This document shows, in pieces, positions 49,482 to 62,200 of a stretch of 64,000 bases of DNA; position 1 is the stretch's first letter; each line of letters opens with the position of its first letter. The stretch is from Macrostomum hystrix (taxonomy: Eukaryota > Animalia > Platyhelminthes): contig CATNEN010000038.1 of NCBI GenBank assembly GCA_950097015.1, forward strand, positions 34,286,001-34,350,000, written 5' to 3'. The translations under genes and the position numbers were made by a program. The notes under the pieces are model-generated. The model was not told where the DNA came from and did not search any database. It worked only from the letters and a program-made list of their open reading frames with translations.

Positions 49482-52400
49482 ATGCTCTTGCTAGTGTACT
49501 TTGCTTCTGTGCTGCTTCATCTGTTCGCCCTGTTCGATGGCTGCCAGCTACTGAAACTGGACAATTCCGATATTAAATTCTACGCTGATCCATTAAATCC
49601 AGAGAAATTGTACACTCTAGCCGAGCTAATGTTTGTTTCCAGGCCGCAGACTAAACTACAACGAATGTACCCGCACTTGCTGCCATTTAATGACATGCTT
49701 CACCCGGCCAAGCGTTCCTATCAATTCGGCTTTCCTGAGGATGTTCGCTCAGGCAGGAGCCACCAGGTGCCATCGGAGATCGTATTCTTCAGGGTCAGTG
49801 CGCTGTCGAATCATGAAGGCTCGCTGTTCGTTTCAATGCCGCATCCGTTTACAAGCTTAGCGTCGCTTCAATTTTATAGATGGATATTGATTCGTGGTAA
49901 AGTGTCAGCCCTTATCGAGCCTGTCGTTCTGCGATTTAGCACCCTACTTAGTACCGAATTCGACTTGAACACGCACCTTCTAAATCAGTTGGGCGATGAG
50001 ACCAGGCCTGATGCACATACAGTTGATGGCAAATATTTTTATAGGGATCATATTCGAGGCTTTCTAATCGGAGTTTGGGATTCGATGCGTCAGGACCATG
50101 TGTTCCACCGCGAAGAGAACGTCTGGCCTGAACGGCCTTTGAAGTGCGCCGATCCGGCCGATGTGATCTGCTTCTGGAGGCGCTTCTTTCTCGTCATCAT
50201 TTCTTCCAAGATTGACATACAGAAGAGTAAAATACTGCAGACGCCAGCCTTAGATACCGAGCTGCACACTGTGGCCGACACTGCCGGGGTAGCTTTCTGG
50301 CTGTTCTACTGCCGGATGCTGCATTCGCTGAAAGGCACAGCTGTAACGAGCGCAGTGCACGAGGTCAAGGAGCATTATTGCCCAAATCCGTGCCAGAATA
50401 ATCCTTGCATTGGCATGGCACACACTTTAACTGATGGCTGCACTATTGAAGGAGAAGGATTGCACGATCGTGATTACAGATGCACCTGCAAGCTGAACGC
50501 CTTCTGGTCGTTTACTAGAAAGTCTTGCGTGATATACGACCGTTGCAAGGTGAGCTCTAACCCAATGATCTAACCCCGGGGGGAACGCGCGGTGAACACA
50601 TGCGATAGGTAAGAAATCAGATAGCTTAGATACACGAGAAAGTAGAGACATGAGGCAGTAGAGAGATGAGACAGTTGAGAGATGAGACAGTAGAGGAATG
50701 AGACAGTATAGAGACGAGACAGTAGAGAGATGAGACAGTAGAGGAATGAGACAGTATAGAGACGAGACAGTAGAGAGATGAGACAGTAGAGGAATGAGAC
50801 AGTAGAGAGACGAGACAGTAGAGAGACGAGACAGTAGAGAGTTGAGGCAGGAGAGAGACGAGACAGTTGAGAGATGAGACAGTAGAGAGTTGACAGTAGA
50901 GAGATGAGACAGGAGAGGGATGAGACAGTAGAGAGTTGACAGTAGAGAGATGAGACAGTAGAGAGTTGACAGTAGAGAGATGAGACAGTAGAGAGTTGAC
51001 AGTAGAGAGATGAGACAGTATAGAGACGAGACAGTAGAGAGATCAGACAGTAGAGGAATGAGACAGTAGAGAGACGAGACAGTAGAGAGACGAGACAGTA
51101 GAGAGTTGAGGCAGGAGAGAGACGAGACAGTTGAGAGATGAGACAGTAGAGAGTTGACAGTAGAGAGATGAGACAGGAGAGGGATGAGACAGTAGAGAGA
51201 CGAGACAGTAGAGAGATGAGACAGTAGAGAGTTGAGGCAGGAGAGAGACGAGACAGTTGAGAGATGAGACAGTAGAGAGTTGACAGTAGAGAGAAGAGCC
51301 AGGAGAGAGATGAGACAGTAGAGAGTTGAGGCAGGAGAGAGACGAGACAGTTGAGAGATGAGGCAGTAGAGAGTTGACAGTAGAGAGAAGAGCCAGGAGA
51401 GGGATGAGACAGTAGAGAGATGAGACAGTAGAGAGATCAGACAGTAGAGAGATGAAACAGTAGAGAGTTGACAGTAGAGAGATGAGACAGTATAGAAATG
51501 AGACAGTAGAGAGATGAGACAGTAGAGAGATGAGACAGGAGAGGGATGAGACAGTAGAGAGATGAGACAGTAGAGAGATCAGACAGTAGAGAGATGAGAC
51601 AGTAGAGAGTTGACAGTAGAGAGATGAGACAGTATAGAAATGAGACAGTAGAGAGATCAGACAGTAGAGAGATGAAACAGTAGAGAGTTGACAGTAGAGA
51701 GATGAGACAGTATAGAAATGAGACAGTAGAGAGATGAGACAGTAGAGAGATGAGACAGGAGAGGGATGAGACAGTAGAGAGATGAGACAGTAGAGAGATC
51801 AGACAGTAGAGAGATGAGACAGTAGAGAGTTGACAGTAGAGAGATGACAGTAGAGAGATGAGACAGTAGAGAGTTGACAGTAGGCCCCAGTTCTTCATGG
51901 GGATAGATGAGACAGTAGAGAGATGAGACAGTAGAGAGATGAGACAGTAGAGAGTTGAAACAGTAGAGAGTTGACAGTAGAGAGATGAGACAGTATAGAA
52001 ATGAGACAGTAGAGAGATGAGACAGTAGAGAGATGAGACAGGAGAGGGATGAGACAGTAGAGAGTTGACAGTAGAGAGATGAGACAGTAGAGAGTTGAAA
52101 CAGTAGAGAGTTGACAGTAGAGAGATGAGACAGTAGAGAGATGAGACAGTAGAGAGTTGAAACAGTAGAGAGTTGACAGTAGAGAGATGAGACAGTATAG
52201 AAATGAGACAGTAGAGAAATGAGACAGTAGAGAGATGAGACAGGAGAGGGATGAGACAGTAGAGAGTTGACAGTAGAGAGATGAGACAGTAGAGAGTTGA
52301 CAGTAGGCCCCAGTTCTTCATGGGGATAGATGAGACAGTAGAGAGATGAGACAGAAGAGAGATGAGACAGTAGAGAGTTGACAGTAGAGAGTTGAAAGTA

Positions 52401-53572
52401 GATATCGCTCACTCCAGACGAACAGTCCGTGTTCCGCGTTCGGATCCCAGAGCTGCCAGTACGACCCGCTAACTAGCGACATGAAATGCCACTGCAAGTC
52501 TGGATTCATGGGGCCCACGTGCAGCGAACTGAGGGACGCCTGCTTTGCTAGGCAGCCGAAGGAGCTTGGAACGAAGCCCAGTGGCAATATTGCCTGCAAT
52601 GTTGGCGCCGGTGGACACTGCGAGCCGGTGCTAGGCATGGACTTGTACGTGTGCCGCTGCACCAATGGCTGGGTTATGGACACCGGAGGACTTAGCCACG
52701 CAGGTGTAAGACATTGTTCTGAAGTATTTGACATTATTCTGGGGTGTTAGTGTTCTGGAGTGTTAGAAAGTGTGCTTTGAGTGTTAGTGTACTAGAGAAT
52801 TTAGTGTCTTGAGCTAAATATCATGTTAAATAGTGGTGTCCTTCCGCTAGGAATCGAACTCGCGACCTATTTTGTTAGAAGTCCTTGGCGCGTGTATTGT
52901 TTTTACACAGTTCTGCATAAAAAACAAGCGCCATCTCTGATTCCTTCAGGCTTCGAATGATATTGATCCCAACTGTCAGCTGCCGCCAGATCCGTGCGGT
53001 GGTCTGCCCTGCGAGTTTGGCGACTGCGTCTCTAGCCGTGGCCAGGCCGTCTGCCAGTGCTCAGTGACGCACTACGGCAAGAATTGCGAGCTGCGACGAG
53101 GCCTCTGGTCGACTTGGGGACCTTGGAGCTCGTGCGACCCCGACTGCGGAGACAGACGGGTGCGATATCGTGTCAGGTGCGTTCTGACTGACTGACTGAC
53201 TGACTCACTGACTGACTGACTGACTGACTGACTGGCACCCGCAGAAGCTGTCTAGGTCTGGAGTGCCTAGGCCACAGGCAGGAGTTGGATTGGTGCCCAG
53301 GTGGCTACGTGGTCTGTGGAGTGCCGGAGCGTCTGGGAGCGTATCGCGCTGATCGTTGGCGCACAGCGCACGCCCTGCGTCAGTTGCTGGTCAGCTTGGC
53401 GATTGCCACTTCAATCGGCATGGGCTGCCTGTTCTCGTGCCAGTTCTTCTTGTCGCTAGCGTTGAAGATCGATCGCAGCCTGTTGGACTCGATGGTTCGG
53501 GAGAGGGCGCACATTCACCAGTTGCTAGCCTATCATAGGCTTAGTTACAAGACGGGGCTTAAGATTAAATAA
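49482..53572 (+). CDS. Type I membrane protein: signal peptide, unrecognised ~280-aa domain, 4 EGF-like repeats, TSP1 repeat, TM, short tail; join(49482..50549,52418..52705,52950..53176,53245..53572), ~636 aa
   Basis: Hydrophobic N-terminus; EGF cysteine spacing (CPNPCQNNPC..CTC, CHCKSGFMGPTC, CRCTNGW, CQCSVTHYGKNC); WSTWGPWSSCDPDCG..RYRVRSC TSP1; hydrophobic LLVSLAIATSIGMGCLFSCQFFLSLAL. All introns GT-AG and in phase. Confidence 0.85.
50635..52400. repeat. Purine-rich 14-16-bp minisatellite AGTAGAGAGATGAGAC / AGTAGAGAGTTGAC in EGF-gene intron 1
   Basis: About 110 copies; a unique insert GTAGGCCCCAGTTCTTCATGGGGATAG occurs twice (~51880, ~52303). Confidence 0.96.
53185..53233. repeat. (ACTG)n microsatellite forming most of a 68-bp intron
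   Basis: Intron 53177..53244 is GTGCGTT(CTGA)n...GCACCCGCAG. Confidence 0.92.
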
Positions 53573-55812
53573 TGTTTGCTTGTTCATAGTGCACCAAATT
53601 CTAAATTCTGTACGATCCTACCCCTTAGCATTGTATTAACATTCTAAATTTAGAAAGCTAGCTAAAGCTGACAAAATTATATAAAGTCCGAGTTAATCTC
53701 AGTTTCATAATGTTGATTTACGCAATACATGTATACCCAATACAAATTACAGTTACACTTTTTGCCGATTCTAACAGAAATATCGTAACTGTTTACACAA
53801 CAAAATACGATTCCCTGACCTTAAAAAACTTCACAATGCATAAACCAATGGCAATAGATAGGCCTAAACACAGATGGGGTAAATAGAAACACATGAAAGA
53901 TTAAAACACAAGGTTTAGATAAAACGCATGGGTTAGATAAACACAGACAATGTAAATAAACACAGATGGGATGTATAAAGGCAGATGGCGTAGATAAAAA
54001 TTCACATGGGTTAGAAAAAGACAGATGATGTAGATAGGCGGGTAAACTCAGGGGTAGATAAACGAAAATTGGGTGTATAAACATAAATGGGCCAGATTAA
54101 CTCACAAACACTCGCAGTAACATTTAATACATGACGTAACACACAAAGACAATGCATGGGCGCCTTAAGATGGTGTGAGGTCGAGAGACGAGATTTCATT
54201 ATGAGTTTACCTGCTGATTACCCATGAAAAATTCTACATTATTGCCTCTCGTATCTCGTAACAAATAATGGTTGAATCGCCGCTCGCGATCTTAACTGCA
54301 TTTATAATCGGTCGGACGAGGAATTCTAGTTGTAAAACTTGTTTTGTGGCAGCGTAATACACATAGGCGCCTTCCATGCTGTGCTGTGCTGCGCCAACTT
54401 TCATCTAAATCACGTAAAAGTCTAAGAGTAGCACTGGTAGCCTTTTTTACTAGGCCTAATTGAAATTGAAACAACAGTTATTTTATTTATTGTACATCAA
54501 CCGTTAAATTAACATCCATGCGATAGAAGATCTAACCAAGAACCAGTATAGGAGAAGAAGTATACTGCAAATACTGTCAATAAGGCTCCTATCTATATAT
54601 ACCTATCTACTCCTAGTAGTCCTTGGATCGAACATAGCATTTTCAAACAGCAAAAGTTGTAGTGGGTTTTAAGCGAAAAATGACAAAAACAATTACTTTT
54701 ATATTAGCTTCCTTAACAATCAAAATAATTACTGTCTTATTATTAATGTCTGGCTGAATTGACAGGATCCAATGCATTTTGCTTTATTTAAAAAATACTG
54801 TAATAAATATGCAACTTAACAAGCAACAAACTTCAATAAGGCATATTTTCTACTTTAATTGGTTAGTGTTCTCGTTGGCAAAACTTTCAATAAACAAGTC
54901 ATACATAAATAATCGGCTTTCAATAAAGCTTTCCGGAACTTATTTCGTCTTGAACTTTGCAAAAAAATTTAAATTTTATAATATTAAAAACCTTTTTTAA
55001 ATAAAATAGTTAACATTTCAGTTTTACTGCTAAATTATTTGCATCATTGTTTTACTAACTAATGGTGCTTAAAAAATTAAATTTTCACTACTTTTTTACG
55101 TCGGACGTAGCGCGCTGTAACGAGCAGCACAGACATCTACACCACTTGCTATGCTAATCATTAAACGAATTGCAACTCACACGTAATAAGTAATTTTTAA
55201 TGACTATTCATTTTAAGACAAAGTAAACATTAACACATAACGTATAAAACTTTTAATTTATTTTAGTCTTCCATTGCTCAAATTAATATTTATAGTTTTA
55301 ATTTCACTATGAGGAAATTAAGTGCCTAAACAATGCGATTGATGTAACAATCACTGAAAATAGATGCGCAAAATTCTAAAGTGCCTGTCCAAATGTCTTA
55401 AACTTTGTTCATCCTGTCCAGTGTTTTTGCAATTTCCAAACTTGTATGTGCTACACACAGAAATAGCTATAAACCTAATATTGGAAAATCCACTGCACCA
55501 ACATTTTTATTGGCTAATTACAGCTTGAAATTATTTGATTCACATTGCAAATTTGAAATGTCTAAATTTTTGGTTAACATTAATCAAAGGTGAAACATAA
55601 ATAAAACATAAATAAAGCAAGTAGTAAGTCAGATAGATACAATAAATCATTACATGAGTTTTACTATGTAGCAAAGTCATGCAAATTCAGCTAGGCCTAT
55701 AAGCCTGCAGCAGATGCATGGCAGCCACTGTGTCATGTCATTGCAATATCTATCCTAAAGCTATCCTAGATTCCTAGTGCCTTAATAGGCCCTAGTGGAG
55801 CGTATTTAAAAA

Positions 55813-56419
55813 GGTAGTTGTTATTTGTCCGGTTAACCGGACAAATAGCCATTTGGTTATTCATCCGGTTAACCGGACAAATAGCCGTTTGATTATTCGT
55901 CTGGTTAACCGGACAAATAGCCGTTTGATTATTCGTCCGGTTAACCGGTTAACAGTGACTTTGATGCAGGAGATATAGTCAACACCGAAAAGTTTTGGTT
56001 TTAATTTAACCGGACGAATAATCAAATGGCTATTGGCTATGGCTATTAAGAGGCAATATATTAAGATATATATATATAAACGAAGACATAGTTGTTCCTT
56101 GATCCAGGCATTGGTCTGTCGGCAACCTAAAATTATATATAGATAGCATATAGATCAATTGCCCTTTTAGTTAGATAGGTTAGCTTTTAGTTTCCTAATT
56201 TTTCAGGGACTCAGCTAACTCAACAATGGATTTATATGATAAACATTTCTAAGAAACGATGCCTACATGAATTTTACCACCACTTTGACATCAGTGGTTG
56301 ACAGCAAAGTCACTGTTAACCGGTTAACCGGACGAATAATCGAACGGCTATTTGTCCGGTTAACCGGACGAATAATCAAACGGCTATTTGTCCGGTTAAC
56401 CGGACAAATAACAACTACC
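55813..56419. mobile_element. Mutator/foldback-like MITE with modular long TIRs
   Basis: GGTAGTTGTTATTTGTCCGGTTAACCGGAC... / ...GTCCGGTTAACCGGACAAATAACAACTACC; arms 55813-55963 and 56305-56419; 9-bp flanks ATTTAAAAA / ATTAAAAAA (1 mismatch). Confidence 0.88.
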
Positions 56420-56989
56420 ATTAAAAAAAGCTACAGACACTCCTGCTAGGCGCGCAGGCGTGCAGTTGTTTTCAAGAAAAAGAGCGCAAATCCCTAATTG
56501 CTATCTTCAATGTAGGCCTAGTAGGCCCTAATTGATTTCACGAAAAAATGTCAAAATACTTTTTTTGATCTCCATCAGTGTATTTCTAAAAATTGAACAG
56601 GTGACATGGATATTTTGCAAAAATATTGACGCATATACCAAATGACCTGTTTTTTATCTCTGTAGTGTATTTCGACAACTTACGTTACACACACAAGGCG
56701 CGGCCGCGCGGGCAAAAACCCTATTGGCTCCAATGGGGTTAATAGGTGCCAACAGTGCCTTTTGGTGAATTTCTTGAAGCAGTAGGCCTACTCATAAAAT
56801 TGATATTTCTACATCTGTAGGCCCTATGTACACATTATTTATAGCAACATGGTAGCCCTCCTAATCATTAGTCGTGCTGATGACTTATAAACCTAGTAGT
56901 GGTCCTGATAGTGCTTTGAAGTCACTGATGAATGATGAATGTAGTTAGCTACTGGATGTTCTCTAGAGCCTTCATGTGCTGTTCTGTTA

Positions 56990-57090
56990 ATGTTATAGCT
57001 AACATTAAAAAATGTTATAGCTAACATTAAAAAATTTTATAGCTAACATAAAAAAATGTTATAGCTAACATTAAAAAATGTTATAGCTAA
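56990..57090. repeat. Short tandem repeat TGTTATAGCTAACATTAAAAAA x4-5
   Basis: Directly visible. Confidence 0.88.
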
Positions 57091-57177
57091 TAATGTCTAT
57101 GAAATCACTAAAGTGATTTTATAGTCTTGGTATGTCTCTTGCATGCCTAGCAAGTCTAGGCCTAGGCCCTAGTGTCT

Positions 57178-57766
57178 GTGAGAGATACAATTCAGACTAC
57201 TGACAAAAGTAGAAAAGCAAAGACTTGGCTGCAAAACTCTCACATAGGCCTAACACTAAAAAAGTATTGCCATAAAAATGGCAAGCTTAATAGAGACTTC
57301 TGTGCACACTAAGAGTGGTGGGAGAGGACTGCGTGTGGCTATGGCTGACTGATAAAGGCAAACAAGCCAGAAACTGGTCTCGATCTGCCAACGTGAGGTT
57401 TGTTCCCCACTTTTAGTGTGATACAATTGGTTCCCTGCAGTGAGTGTACCTGGCCACCCAAAAAAGAGGGTAAGAGAGCCAACAGAAAAATTTGTTGGCA
57501 AGAGTGCCAACATTTGAAGAAGGGTGTATATGTGAGAGATACAATTCAGACTACTGACAACAGTAGAAAAGCAAAGACTTGGCTGCAAAACTCTCACATA
57601 ACACTTAAAAATATTGCCATAAAATGGCAAGCTTAATAGAGACTTCTGTGCACACTAAGAGTAGTGGGAGAGGACTGCATGTGGCTATGGCTGACTGATA
57701 AAGGCAAACAAGCCAGAAACTGGTCTTGGTATGCCGGCTTGAAGTTTGTTCCCCACTTTTAGTGTG
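57178..57766. repeat. Direct duplication of ~240 bp (57178-57420 and 57532-57766)
   Basis: GTGAGAGATACAATTCAGACTACTGACA...CCCCACTTTTAGTGTG present twice with a few substitutions and indels. Confidence 0.9.
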
Positions 57767-59264
57767 TTACAGTGTCTTTTTGAATAGTGCTATATAGTGT
57801 TTGACTTGCTAGTCCTAATGCCCCCTAGCCAAGGTCCAAAACATGCTAGACTCTTTAGCAATTAGCCAAAGAATATGCCAGATCACACAGGAAAGGTCAT
57901 TCAGTTCAGTGAGGAATTAAAGATGAAATGATAAAAAGAGCATTTGATTAGTACACCACAGTTGCGCCACAGATGGTCAATGGCTGGAGTGCCAGCCATA
58001 TTTTGAATTTAAGCCAGACACTGTCCACAAAAAAGACTTGGCTACAATAGGGCTAATGCCTATGCAACAGCTTCCTCAACATGGCTTGTGTGTAGTGGAA
58101 ATTGTAGGCCTAGTAGTCATGTAATATTGTAGTAGGAAACACATTAGGCAATGCATACCACATGACAACCTTGAAATCAAATACAAATGATATTGCATTT
58201 GCTTCTGGAGTTTTGGCAGCTGAAATAGCTCATTGCCAATGATTATTTATTGGCTAAATAAAGGAGAGAGCCTCTACCTAATCTAGCATTTACTGATCAG
58301 CCTGTGCCAATTTATCATCTCTATTTCATTATCATAGCACACAAATAGTAGAAGTCTTCTTAGTATTTCAGCTACAGGTAAAGTTGTACTTTTCTTAAAA
58401 AATAAAATTGCATTTGTTATTTTCCCTTTCTGGGCCAGCTATATTATTTCTGCTTTGAACAACAACATATTCAAGCATAACTGTTAATTTTTATGTTTAT
58501 ATGCTATTTAAATTTATTAATAAAAATGCTAGATTGTAGCAAAATAATGAAATGTAATTACAAGTGTAAAATGCTCAAGAACTCGAGCTTTTTTTCAGTA
58601 TTGTATTAGAAAATATCTGGTATGTATAGAAAGTATAGTATTGATTTAGCTACATAGTATATATTATATCCCAATAAAATCTAACTTGGAAGGTCTAGAA
58701 ATTTGTTTTGGTTTGTTGCTTGTTGTCTTATGAATTTGTTTTTGTGTGAAAATTACATATGCTATAAATAGGTTTAGTACTGTAGCTGCAATTTAAATAT
58801 GTTAGTTGTTCATTGATTGCATTATACAAAAAAGCTACTTTAAATGACTCTTTACTATATGCCTTGCTTTTTAGATTGTTTTAACTTCAGGTTATAGGAC
58901 TAGGGTAAGTCTGAATTCTTTTTACAAGAAACATACAATATGTACAGTTGTACATACAAAAACATACAAGTAGTGTAGTGTAGCTATTAAAATTTTGTCT
59001 AGGGGTCATTGCCAACTAGTTTTAAACTAGATTTTTAAAAAGCCAGTTTTGAGTGGTCATGACCCACTAGAACTACTCTTCCAAGGCTATAAGGCCTATT
59101 GCTAATAATGTTTTAATTTTGCTAGTGAGTCCAGAAATGTATTCTGCATAGATTTGTATCAATAACTAAATAATTTCAGCCAGCCTTGGCATCGCCATTC
59201 TCATAGCTAAAACAAATCAAGCTACTTTTACTCTAGTTAGGACTACACAACAGTTGCTCTGAAA

Positions 59265-62200
59265 ATGGCGGATGGCGCTCGCATTGTGCAAGCCTTGAAG
59301 GCTACGCTGGAGCCCAGTCAGCAGAAAGAGGCCGAGGCCTTTCTAGACGAGGCTCGTTCAACGCCTGGCTTCGTGTCCGGCCTGCTATTGCTAGTGATGT
59401 CCAACGAACTGGAAGGCCCAACCCGCCAGGCTGGCGCTATCTATTTAAAGAACACGGTTAATCGTTTCTGGCGACCATCCGACGATCAGGACGATTGCGA
59501 CAATACCGGCGATAGTTCAACAGCGCCGCAGCAGCCATTTAGCCTGTCGGAGCCGGATCGAGTCCAGCTGCGCGCCACCATCATTGACGCGATGCTGCAT
59601 GCTCCTGAGGCCATCTTGAATCAGCTGCGAGTCTGCCTAGCCGCTATGCTGCAGGTGATTGGGTTTGAGCTGGGCATTTAAAACGCTGCTGACCGTTAAC
59701 ACACGATAGCTTTGAAGGCAAGGCAAGATAAAATTAGTCCGAAAAGAGACGATACAGAGGGGTGAGTGGCAGAGCGGTCTAACGCTTTTGCCTCTCACAC
59801 TAAGATCCCTAAGCTCGATTCCGCGGTGAGGCCATATTTATTTGGGGCGCAGCCGCGGTGGGAAGTTTTGAGGCCTTAAAGGGCAAACATCCAAGGTACA
59901 GTGAGAGTGTACACTGCCTGAGGACGAGAAAGTCAGGGCAGATGTACTCACCTGTGTGAGCGTGTGCCTGCGTACAGTATCTGTGTGTGCGTGTGTGCTC
60001 AGGAGTTAGCGAAATGGGAAGACTGCCTCCTCGCTGGCTGCGAGTCTAGTGTCACCAAATGATGTGCCATTGCCCGCAGCCCTCCTGCAATTAATAAAAT
60101 TATTGTTTAAGCTCGCCAACACAAAAAATTATGTAATTGTGTTTTTTTTATTAATTTTTTGAGTACCCCGGGTCAGTTATTCTAACCATCAAAATATGGT
60201 TAAAATGCTGTCAAAATGTCGTCCTTAATTTTTTGCAATTATGTTAGTTGACAAGACCGATTTATTACAATGTCGAAAATCCAAAATGCTGGACTTTGCT
60301 AGGGTTTTTGTCCGTAATTTAGTCCGAATTTTTGTAATGTGATAGCGCCATTTTGGTTGACCCAGTTGTATAATGGGTACTAGTATCAACTGGATTAGAA
60401 ATTCGGGTTATCGTGGCAACCTCTTTAGTCCATAGACTGAACAACTGTACACACCTGGGGGGGGTTTGTGAAGTTCAGGACAGGTCTAAGACTGCACCGC
60501 TTGTAAACCATAATACTTGTGATGTGATTTGAGTGAGCTTATTAATTAATCTTTTTTAATTGTACACTAATCCAGGATTTCCCAGCCAGATGGGGTGCGG
60601 ACCTGCCCGACCAGCTCTGCCGTGCCGTGGCCTGCGACAATCTCAGCCTATTGCCAGGCGCCCTGACCGCCGCCTACACATTCGCCAAGTCGTTCCAATA
60701 CGCCAAGACTGATCAGCGAGGCCCTGTTGACGAAGCTATGTCCCGCCTGCTGCCATTGCTGCTGCAGCGGCTTGCGCAGGCCGATACGGATGGCCCGACC
60801 GCGTTCAGCGCTCTGGTGCAGAAACTCGTGTTAAAGGTAACCGAATTAGCTTTAAAATTTGAAATCTTGTGGGCATTTGCGCATTGTTTGGTCAACAGTC
60901 GACCCGCAGCTAGCAAGGAGTCAATTCTGCCTATCGCGCTAATCCCTGAGTACACCCATAGACACAAAAATAAGTATACCATAACCGCCTCATATTTAGG
61001 CATTTCTAATATGATTGTAGATATTCTACGCCTATACTAGCAATTACCTGCCGCCAGTGCTTGAGACCAATCGCGACTTAGTCCTAATCTGGTCTGAGGC
61101 CATCACTAGGATTGTGCGCAGCCCGGTTCCTGAGGAGTGCCAACAGGGCGTTGATCCGGATGAACGGCCCGAACTGTGCTGGTGGAAGGCCAAGAAGTGG
61201 GCTATGCACTGTCTTCAGGTTAGTAGATGAATCATGCCGTCGTAAATATATTATTTTAATCAGATCAGCTAATTTGATTAAACAATAAACAAGAATGCTT
61301 TCCAATCCCTTTATTTATGTTGAAATAGCCAGATCCCTTCATTTCTGCTAAAAACTGTCAGATCCCTGCTTTTCAATCCCTTCTTCTCTGTTAAAACCGT
61401 CAGATCCCTGCTTTTCAATCCCTTCTTCTCTGCTAAAAACCGTCAGATCCCTGCTTTTCAATCCCTTCTTCTCTGTTAAAACCGTCAGATCCCTGCTTTT
61501 CAATCCCTTCATCTCTGTTAAAACCGTCAGATCCCTGCTTTTCAATCCCTTCATCTCTGTTAAAACCGTCAGATCCCTGCTTTCCAATCCCTTCTTCTCT
61601 GTTAAAACCGTCAGATCCCTGCTTTCCAATCCCTTTATTTCTGTTAAAACCGTCAGATCCCTGCTTTTCAATCCCTTCATTTCCGCTAAAAACCGTCAGA
61701 TCCCTGCTTTCCAACCCCTTCATCTCAGTTGAAACCGTCAGATCCCTGCTTTCCCATCCTTTTATTTCTGTTAAAACCGTCAGATCCCTGCTTTTCAATC
61801 CCTTCATCTCTGTTAAAACCGTCAGATCCCTGCTTTTCAATCCCTTCATTTCTGCTAAAAACCGTCAGATCCCTGCTTTCCAATCCCTTCATCTCTGTTA
61901 AAACCGTCAGATCCCTGCTTTTCAATCCCTTTTTTTATGTTAAAGCCGTCAGATCCCTGCCTTCTAGTTTTATTATCTTCAAAGCGACCCTGAGATCCCT
62001 GTTTTCTTGTCCCTTCTTCTTTCAAACCCCTGTCCCATAGAGCACTTTTCTCTGTCCAGAAGAACTCAGCTTCAGTTTGTATTCAGCTCCCATCATCAAA
62101 GACTCAGTTGTTGTTTGCCTTCCACTTTCCCCCGTTTTTAGGCTTGGTTCGAAAAATTCGGCCCTAACGACGACTTATCAAAGCGGGACGCCAGCTTCGG

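Noticed and set aside
53860-54090. Diverged ~22-bp repeat (AAACACAGATGGG..AGATA)
   Set aside because: Too degenerate to define a unit or boundaries by eye; possibly a decayed minisatellite.
60160-60385. Possible MITE (AGTACCC...GGGTACT)
   Set aside because: Only a 7-bp inverted match with no supporting TSD or second copy.
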